A stretch of 36,146 nucleotides of DNA from a virus: positions 1-36,146 of the IMG/VR virus record IMGVR_UViG_3300002461_000279, one strand, 5' to 3'. Every line of letters starts with the position of its first letter. Positions within the stretch are counted from its first letter, which is position 1. Positions 29,791 to 36,146 of this stretch are shown here, piece by piece. Made by a program: the position numbers and the translations under genes. The notes under the pieces are model-generated. The model saw nothing but the letters and a program-made list of their open reading frames with translations. It did not search any database and was not told the DNA's origin.

Positions 29791-30359
29791 GCGAACACCG
29801 CTTTGGCGCGCTCGTGGTAGCGGACCCGATCCGCCCAGCCGTTCGAGTCGCCGATACGCGCGGTCTTGCGGCCGCGGTTGATCTTGTCGCACACGCCGTC
29901 GAAGTCACCGGCATCGGCAAACGCATTGATGCCGTTCACGTGCCAGAACCACCCGGCCGAGAGACACCCATAGTGCGGCTGGCAGAGAAGCTGCGGGTAT
30001 TGCACCAGGTCGATGCCGAGGTACTCGCCGCACGCCTTGTGATTCCAGTAGCCGGTGATCTGGATCGGCCCGTGCCCTTTGTAGAACCGGCCTGGCGTCG
30101 TGCCCTGCAGCCGCGCGATGCGGATCGCCTCCGGATGCGTGTTGCCGAGATCTGCCCGGTGATCGTAGGCCGAGCCGTCGGCGAGCTCCTCCATGTACCG
30201 AAACTCGCCCGACTCATGCGCCAGGTTCGCGATGAACGGCGCCATCCGCGCCGGCATGTTGATCTCGAACCGATGCATCGTCTCGTCGAGCGGGTCGACG
30301 AAGTAGGCCAGGTTCCTTGCGTGCGGCATGATGGTGCGCAGCTGCTGGTGCGTGATCAT
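29778..30359 (-). CDS. Endolysin, glycoside hydrolase family 19 (chitinase-like)
   Basis: 193 aa from ATG 30359, with an ATGA overlap with the holin stop. FIANLAHESGEFRYMEE...YKGHGPIQITGYWNH are GH19 signatures. The track ORF to 30662 is over-extended. Confidence 0.8.
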   Translation of the reverse strand: MITHQQLRTIMPHARNLAYFVDPLDETMHRFEINMPARMAPFIANLAHESGEFRYMEELADGSAYDHRADLGNTHPEAIRIARLQGTTPGRFYKGHGPIQITGYWNHKACGEYLGIDLVQYPQLLCQPHYGCLSAGWFWHVNGINAFADAGDFDGVCDKINRGRKTARIGDSNGWADRVRYHERAKAVFACLA

Positions 30360-30730
30360 TGGTCGGGATCCTTTACGCCGAACTTCGCGGCCAGGTGCCG
30401 CTCGAGCATCTTTTCCATGAAGAAGACGAACCTCGTTCCCATGTGGCCAGCGATGCCAATGAACACCGCCGAGAGCAGCGGATCGATGTTTCCCCACTCG
30501 CAGATGTAGAACGTCGTGATGCCAGCGAACGCCGAGGTGGCGATCTCCCCGAACAGCTCGGCCAAGTTGAACGGGCGCGATACTCCTGCTTTGATCTTGC
30601 CGTACCAGCTCACCATGCCGCCGAGCACCGACCAGACGATCACCCAGGTGTACGTCAACCATGAATAGCTGGTCGGGTCACGGGCCCGGTCGATCGCGGC
30701 TGTGATGGATGCCCTAGCCTCTTCGATCAT
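30356..30730 (-). CDS. Holin, multi-TM
   Basis: 124 aa from ATG 30730 (SD GAGGGG). Three hydrophobic segments. Immediately upstream of the endolysin. Confidence 0.65.
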   Translation of the reverse strand: MIEEARASITAAIDRARDPTSYSWLTYTWVIVWSVLGGMVSWYGKIKAGVSRPFNLAELFGEIATSAFAGITTFYICEWGNIDPLLSAVFIGIAGHMGTRFVFFMEKMLERHLAAKFGVKDPDQ

Positions 30731-30740
30731 CGCCCCCCTC

Positions 30741-31391
30741 TTAGACGTCTGCAGTGACACGAACCACGTTCGTGCCGTCGGCATACACGATCGCCCGCTT
30801 GCCGTCGGCGATCGTGACTCCGGTACCGGTCGCACCGATAACCTGGACGCCGAAGCCGCCCGTGACATTGGCGAACACGGTCCACTGCTGTGCACCGAGC
30901 GGCACGACTAGGTTTCGCAGCGCCGTGAGCGCACCTGTGCACTCGAGAATCTGGTTACGCGCCTCCGCGGCCGTCAGCGTTTGATTGGCGTCGGACATTG
31001 CCTTGACCAGGCGGCCACTCATCACGGGCGACCAGGGCAAGCGCTGATCCGTGTAGCTGGTGACTGTCGAGGCTCCCGTGACGACCGTGTAGAGCGGAAT
31101 CCGGCCGGCGGTGAATCCGGTCGTATTCGCGCTGACGACGCCAGCCCGTGTCGCCTCGACGTAGTTCGTCGTCGAGCCGGTCAGCGCGACGGTGCCATTG
31201 GCGATCGCCGTGATGACACCATCGACGGAGAGCTTCCCGCCGTAGAAGCCCCAGGTCAGCGCGCTGGTCGTCGAGGCCCTGCGCCCGAACAAGCTGGCTG
31301 GGCTTAATGCGTCGAACATCGCGTTCGCTGTCACTTCCTTGCTGGCCTGGCTCGAGCTGATCGTATCCAGGTTCGTGGTGCTGTCGGCCAT
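30741..31391 (-). CDS. DUF2793-like tail fibre / receptor-binding candidate
   Basis: 216 aa. The N-terminus NLDTISSSQASKEVTANAMFDAL resembles the DUF2793 start. It is the last gene of the tail block. Confidence 0.55.
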   Translation of the reverse strand: MADSTTNLDTISSSQASKEVTANAMFDALSPASLFGRRASTTSALTWGFYGGKLSVDGVITAIANGTVALTGSTTNYVEATRAGVVSANTTGFTAGRIPLYTVVTGASTVTSYTDQRLPWSPVMSGRLVKAMSDANQTLTAAEARNQILECTGALTALRNLVVPLGAQQWTVFANVTGGFGVQVIGATGTGVTIADGKRAIVYADGTNVVRVTADV

Positions 31392-34300
31392 CAGATGCTC
31401 CCTTGCAAGGCGAACCCTCGGCCGATCGCCGCGCTGACCTGGTAGATGCGCGCGTACACGGTCGCCTGCGGGCTGCCGAAGTCGGTGGTTTGGTTTGCAG
31501 CGCTGTAGGTCGTCGTCGGCGACGTCAACCCGGTGATCGTGCGCTTGGGCGGTTCCGTAAAGGCGGCATCGTAAATATCGACCTCGTAGGACTCGGCCGT
31601 CTCACCCAGCGGCGTGTCGACGTAGTCTCGCCACTCTGCCGAGACACGGGAGCGCCTCACCCAGGTGATGGTCAGGTTGCCCGATGCATCACGGCCGCCA
31701 CCGAAGCGCACCGGAGACAAGGGCTTGAGGCCAACGCCGGCCAGGCTGAACTCCTGCGCGGGCGTTTCGGCGAGCGTCTGCCCAAACGTCACGCCCTTGT
31801 AAAGCCGCGCCACCCCGATCAAAGCAGACGTTACAGCCACCCGCCGAGCGCTATCCGCGCCGAGCACGACGAACAGATCACCGATGGCATGCGTGCCCAT
31901 GAACTGCTCGGTGCCCTTGCGCCCTCGCAGCAACCCGCTCAAGCGATACTTTCCCGCTGCGATCAGCGTGGCGGTCCGGAACTGGATCAGCTCACCACCC
32001 AGGTAGGCCGCATTCGCACCAGCAAGCAGCAAGTCATTCGTCGTGCTGTTGAGCTCATCGCCGAACACATAGACCTCGACGGTGCTGTGCTCGTCAATGA
32101 CGTTACCGCCGGAGAAATTCGGCAACACGGTGAGCGCTGCGCCCACCGGCGCGGCGAGCAGGAAGGATGTCTCGGTGCGCTCGTAGGTCGTGCCACCATC
32201 GCTGCTGCGCCACAGCTCGGCACCTCGCCAGCCGGCATAGTAGCCCGCGGCGACAGCGTAGAACCCGGGCGAGTCGTCTGCATCTTGAAGGATTGGAATG
32301 TCCAGCAGATGCATCACCGTCGGCCCGGCCGGCCCAGACAGTGCGGGCGGTGCAGGCACCGAGGCACCCACGCCGGGCGCCGTGTATGCCGCAGCATCTT
32401 CCGCAACCGTCTCGAGCGTGATCAATCCATCGTCTTCGGTCTTGTCAACGACGAGCAGCGTGTACGTGGTGCCATCGACGGGGACGGAGATCACGTCGGC
32501 CGGCTCGATGCGCGAATACTTGGGCGGAAGGCTCAGCGTGTGCGACATGCGCCGAGTCCACTGCTCATAGAGCAACACGTCCGCCAGCTGCTGCGCCTCA
32601 TTGGCCGAGAGCACGACCGGAACCGAGATCGTCGTCGGATCGCGGCTCGCACCCGACAACCGCCGCGCGTACTGCGCCCCAGGCTCGTACTCCGCGTCCG
32701 GATCGGGATATTGCACGACGATCTCGAGCGGCAACTCCGTCTCGAGCAAGCGCCGCGATGAAAATGCCACGGCAGGCGAATCCCCGTGCATGTAGGCACC
32801 GAGATCGTCTTCCTCGATCGTCGCCACGACCGTACCGGTGCGCTTGACCGCCTTGATCAGATCGTCGCTCTCGACCAGGTCGAATCGATACGCCGGCTGC
32901 AACGCATCGATCGCGCTGCGGCCCGTCATGCGGCGGCCGATCGCATAGCCACGCACGGTGTCGGTAAGACCGCCCAGCGACAGATCTGCTGGATCGTAGC
33001 CGACCCGATCACAGATCTCCTCGACGACCTCCTCGAGCGTGGTCGAGCTGACGCTTACCCTGGGCAGGCGCTCGATCTCCTTAAGCGTGTACTGCCCGCC
33101 GACGTTGTCCCAGATGACGGAGCGGCCATCCTCGGTGAAGCCCAGCATCGAACCGATGAACGTCTCGCTGCGAGCGAGGACCTGCCCGGTCGTCGGATGG
33201 ATCTGATACGCGCGGCGGTTGCTCCCAGAGACGATGCCCACCGCCCACACGAACCCGCCTGGATCTTCAAACGGCGACCAGCCGGTCGTCAGCGCCTCGG
33301 TGTTGTCGATATCCACGGTCATCAGCAGCGAACCGTCGGCGCTGTACTTGCGCAACGTCTTGCGCTCGGCCACGCTGTCGGCCGGCCCCATCCACACGCT
33401 GCCATCTGTCGCGACCAGAATCCCACCCGTCGTGCTCTGCGCGACCAGCAACACAAGCGACGACGATCCCGTAGCCACATACGCCAGGTGCTTCTGCCCC
33501 GCGCCGCTCGTCGCCGCGTGCATGTAGCAGCGCCCAGCGATCCCGCACGCATTCCGTGCCAGCGCAAAGCAGAAAACAGCCGTCAGCTGCGTGGTCGTCA
33601 ACGAGCTCGCGCCGACCACAGCCCGGAAGAATGAGCTGCTGCTGCCAGAATCCCCACGGCACCACCAGACGTCGGAGCGCTCGGCGACGATGCCGGGCGC
33701 GTAGAACGTGGAGAGCAGCCCGCTGCCCATGTTGCCGAACCCGCCTGTGTAGCGAGTCGTCGAGCCATCCTCGTGCAGCACAGCGAGCACGCCGGAAAAG
33801 CTGCCCGTCGCGATGGCCTCGCCCGCGGTCGTTACACCGACAGGCAGGTAGGAAAACGAAGGCGGGACATAGCTGCCGAGCTTGGCCCCAGCGTAGAATC
33901 CCCAGCGATTGGCCGCGCCACCGCTGGTCATGGCCCCCGCGTATATGTTCCCACCGCGTCCGAGCACGACAGCCGTCGATCCGTCGGCAGCACCGAGCGT
34001 ATGCACCGTCGCCGCAGCCAGATCGGCGGTCGCGCCTGCTTTGACGACTTCCGTCTCGATTTGCTGCGGAGGACGGCCGCCGTAGGGCGTCACATCCATC
34101 CCCTCGATCACCATGATCGCGTACCCGCGATACGCTGGCGCATCGGCACCCTCGACCGCAGCGATCAATGGATCGATCTCCTGCGTCTCGCTCCCCGTGT
34201 AGATCCGAACCGAGGCGGCAGCCAATGCGGATGCAGCGATTGCCGCCGCACTGGCCCCTGAACTGACGTCGTACTTGATCTCGCCGTTGATCTTGATCTT

Positions 34301-34705
34301 GCGGATGCCGGCGATCTCGCCTTCGCACAGCAGAACGGCGAAATCGGCGAAGTAGCTGTACGTGGTCTGCGTGGCCGTGCTACCCCCGCCACCTTTGCCG
34401 CCGACGCGCTGGCTCGTGGTCGTCGCCACCTCGCGCACCGGCCGCGCCCAAATGATGTTTCCGGCTACCGGGTACGTGCCCCAGATAATCGGCACCACCT
34501 GGCCGTAAGCGCTCGAGGTGATCCGCGTATCCTGGATCCGTGGGCCTTCCCGCACCTGGTCGGGCATCTTCTGCGGGAACAGCGCATTGCCGACGATGCC
34601 GCCTAGCGTCCATCCGATCGCGGCACCGCTCATGCCGAGTATCGTGCCGGTGATGGCCGTGGACCCGATTGCAGCACCCGCAGCGGAGAAAAGCAGTACA
34701 GCCAC
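31391..34705 (-). CDS. Host specificity / central tail protein, RcGTA g15-like
   Basis: 1104 aa, GTG start. The N-terminus is hydrophobic and Gly-rich, then ...RITSSAYGQVVPIIWGTYPVAGNIIWA... Position is after the NlpC/P60 gene. Confidence 0.75.
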   Translation of the reverse strand: MAVLLFSAAGAAIGSTAITGTILGMSGAAIGWTLGGIVGNALFPQKMPDQVREGPRIQDTRITSSAYGQVVPIIWGTYPVAGNIIWARPVREVATTTSQRVGGKGGGGSTATQTTYSYFADFAVLLCEGEIAGIRKIKINGEIKYDVSSGASAAAIAASALAAASVRIYTGSETQEIDPLIAAVEGADAPAYRGYAIMVIEGMDVTPYGGRPPQQIETEVVKAGATADLAAATVHTLGAADGSTAVVLGRGGNIYAGAMTSGGAANRWGFYAGAKLGSYVPPSFSYLPVGVTTAGEAIATGSFSGVLAVLHEDGSTTRYTGGFGNMGSGLLSTFYAPGIVAERSDVWWCRGDSGSSSSFFRAVVGASSLTTTQLTAVFCFALARNACGIAGRCYMHAATSGAGQKHLAYVATGSSSLVLLVAQSTTGGILVATDGSVWMGPADSVAERKTLRKYSADGSLLMTVDIDNTEALTTGWSPFEDPGGFVWAVGIVSGSNRRAYQIHPTTGQVLARSETFIGSMLGFTEDGRSVIWDNVGGQYTLKEIERLPRVSVSSTTLEEVVEEICDRVGYDPADLSLGGLTDTVRGYAIGRRMTGRSAIDALQPAYRFDLVESDDLIKAVKRTGTVVATIEEDDLGAYMHGDSPAVAFSSRRLLETELPLEIVVQYPDPDAEYEPGAQYARRLSGASRDPTTISVPVVLSANEAQQLADVLLYEQWTRRMSHTLSLPPKYSRIEPADVISVPVDGTTYTLLVVDKTEDDGLITLETVAEDAAAYTAPGVGASVPAPPALSGPAGPTVMHLLDIPILQDADDSPGFYAVAAGYYAGWRGAELWRSSDGGTTYERTETSFLLAAPVGAALTVLPNFSGGNVIDEHSTVEVYVFGDELNSTTNDLLLAGANAAYLGGELIQFRTATLIAAGKYRLSGLLRGRKGTEQFMGTHAIGDLFVVLGADSARRVAVTSALIGVARLYKGVTFGQTLAETPAQEFSLAGVGLKPLSPVRFGGGRDASGNLTITWVRRSRVSAEWRDYVDTPLGETAESYEVDIYDAAFTEPPKRTITGLTSPTTTYSAANQTTDFGSPQATVYARIYQVSAAIGRGFALQGSI

Positions 34706-34708
34706 GGA

Positions 34709-35122
34709 TCAGACCTCCGGGAAGCGGTAACAACCGCGCAGGCGATTGAGCCAGGTGCGATCGAGCGGCTGCTCGACGCAGCGACCGGCCGCTTCGTAGG
34801 CGTGCACGATGCTCATCGGCTCGCGCTCTGACACGATCGCCAGGTGCTGCTCACGGATGAAGGCGAACGTGAGCACATCCCCGACCTCGACCTGGTCCCA
34901 GCCGATCGGCGTCATGTACTGGCGCAACAGCCGACGAAACTGCTCCTCGTCTGGCTCACGCCCGTAGCCGGTGATCTCTACACTGCGGATCTCGAGCTCG
35001 CGCGCCACCTCGATCACTAGGCCGGCGCAATCGATCCCGACGTCACGCACGCGCCCCTGATGCACGAACGGCGTTCCCAAGTAGCTGCGAGCCGCCTCGA
35101 CGATACGTGCTCGGCTGATCAT
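34709..35122 (-). CDS. NlpC/P60-family tail-associated peptidase, RcGTA g14-like
   Basis: 137 aa from ATG 35122 (ATGA overlap). ARSYLGTPFVHQGR...GIDCAGLV carries the catalytic Cys context, with a downstream His (HLAIV). Confidence 0.75.
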   Translation of the reverse strand: MISRARIVEAARSYLGTPFVHQGRVRDVGIDCAGLVIEVARELEIRSVEITGYGREPDEEQFRRLLRQYMTPIGWDQVEVGDVLTFAFIREQHLAIVSEREPMSIVHAYEAAGRCVEQPLDRTWLNRLRGCYRFPEV

Positions 35123-35964
35123 GTGCCGCTCGACATGCGGTTGAGCCCCGGGACGTGCGGAAAGCCACGGAAGTTGATGACGTTCGCGAATTTGTCTCGG
35201 CACGTGCTGAGCCGCTTGTCGCAGCCGGCCGTCATGGTGTAGCCATCACCGATGCTCACGGTGTAGGGCATCGGCAGCACAAGCGAGATCTGCCCGCCAG
35301 ACTGGAACTCACGCACCTCCATGCGCAGGCCCTCATTCGGTCCGCTTGTCCAGGTGACCACGCCCCCGGTAAACCAACCGGTCGCCTGCCCAAGGGAACT
35401 GTCCACAAACACACGATTGCTGGTCACGCTGGTGAGCGTGCCGGAGACGGTGCCATTGCTGAACGATCCGAGATTGACCTTGCATCGAGTGTCGCCAAGG
35501 TCAGCGTCGCACGCTGGCGAGACGACCCTGCCAATGTTCTGCTGTAGCAGCTGCATCATGCCGCGGAGCTCGACGGTGAAGGCGCCATCCGCCGTGCGCA
35601 CTTCGCCGAGCCATCCGCGCCGCAGTTTGTTGGTGCCCTGCGTGAGATCCTCGTAGTTCACCTGGAAGATCCGCACCTCTGCGAAGTCCCACTTGCCAGC
35701 GAGCAGATCGGCCTCAGTGATCGCCGAGGCATCAAGGCCGCCGCTGACCTCGAGGTTGTCGACGTTCATACCCGCCGTGCTTTTGATCGCGCTGGCGGTG
35801 TAGCCGCTGGCCGCCTGGTACGTCACCCCATCGACAACCAAGGCCTCGAGGTGATCGGTAAAGCCGAAAACCTGGCCGTCGCGGCGCTCGATGCGCCAGC
35901 ACGTGGCCAGCGTGGTGACCTCCTGCGCGATGTGCGCTGCCAGCCTCACCGAAAGGCTTTTCAT
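35119..35964 (-). CDS. DUF2163 / BR0599-type tail hub protein, RcGTA g13-like
   Basis: 281 aa. TTLATCWRIERRDGQVFGFTDH...VDGVTYQAASG and a C-terminal CDKRLSTCRDKFANVINFRGFPHVPG are typical of this family. Confidence 0.8.
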   Translation of the reverse strand: MKSLSVRLAAHIAQEVTTLATCWRIERRDGQVFGFTDHLEALVVDGVTYQAASGYTASAIKSTAGMNVDNLEVSGGLDASAITEADLLAGKWDFAEVRIFQVNYEDLTQGTNKLRRGWLGEVRTADGAFTVELRGMMQLLQQNIGRVVSPACDADLGDTRCKVNLGSFSNGTVSGTLTSVTSNRVFVDSSLGQATGWFTGGVVTWTSGPNEGLRMEVREFQSGGQISLVLPMPYTVSIGDGYTMTAGCDKRLSTCRDKFANVINFRGFPHVPGLNRMSSGT

Positions 35965-36146
35965 ACCCGCAGCTCGATCATGGGAAGCGTCTCGAGGCCG
36001 AATACATCCCGATCCTCGAGCACGACGGGGAACTCATCGACATCGAAGCGCACCGGCACATCGAACTCACCCGACCAGGTCAGAAGATCGCCCACCTGGG
36101 GATACTTCTCCGCCGTGCCGCCGCTTGCCGTCAGCCCGGTCGTCAC
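35961..36146 (-). CDS. C-terminal part of the DUF2460 distal tail protein, the same gene as 1-781
   Basis: TTGLTASGGTAEKYPQVGDLLTWSGEFDVPVRFDVDEFP... The first 94 nt duplicate 1-94. The stop overlaps the next ATG (ATGA). Confidence 0.85.
   Translation of the reverse strand: MTTGLTASGGTAEKYPQVGDLLTWSGEFDVPVRFDVDEFPVVLEDRDVFGLETLPMIELRV
36053..36146. repeat. Terminal overlap, right copy, identical to 1-94
   Basis: Same 94-bp string as the window start. The reading frame of the junction-spanning tail gene is preserved when the ends are joined. Confidence 0.95.

Larger units (their letters stand above)
1..36146. mobile_element. Complete temperate tailed-phage genome, siphovirus-type, on a circular contig with unique length 36,052 bp
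   Basis: Full packaging, head, tail, lysis, immunity, replication and integration modules are present. The ends overlap by 94 identical bp. No host genes are seen. Confidence 0.9.

Overview
The window is a complete, circularly closed genome of a temperate siphovirus-type phage from a visibly GC-rich host, probably a proteobacterium. Bases 1-94 are identical to 36053-36146, so the unique length is 36,052 bp and a tail gene spans the junction. No host flank, rRNA, complete tRNA, CRISPR array or transposase is present. On the minus strand lie the Nu1/gpA-type terminase, a lambda-type portal, a prohead protease-HK97 capsid fusion, head-tail genes interrupted by an AT-richer beta-helix gene, and the tail tube. 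These are followed by G/GT chaperones with an AAAAAAC slip site, the tape measure, an RcGTA-like distal tail block and a lysis cassette. Also on the minus strand is the early arm: a Cro/YdaS-like gene, then a strong intrinsic terminator, then small genes and a Toprim plus SF3-helicase primase. Downstream of the primase sits a TGTTCACC iteron field matching, as I recall, the phage P4 ori/crr iterons. The plus strand carries a LexA/CI-type repressor and then a tightly coupled four-gene cassette. That cassette encodes an orphan His-rich protein, a DUF1828/DUF1829-like protein, an unannotated 31-aa membrane peptide and a lipoprotein. It occupies the rexAB-equivalent position and is my best candidate for an undescribed lysogen-expressed defence or exclusion system. 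Further along the plus strand is a promoter flanked by two identical palindromes, an operon of translationally coupled orphan genes, a large ParB-like protein, xis and int. The int 3' end runs through an attP that copies the 3' part of a tRNA-Ser(CGA). All homology calls are motif-level recognition by eye, not database searches.
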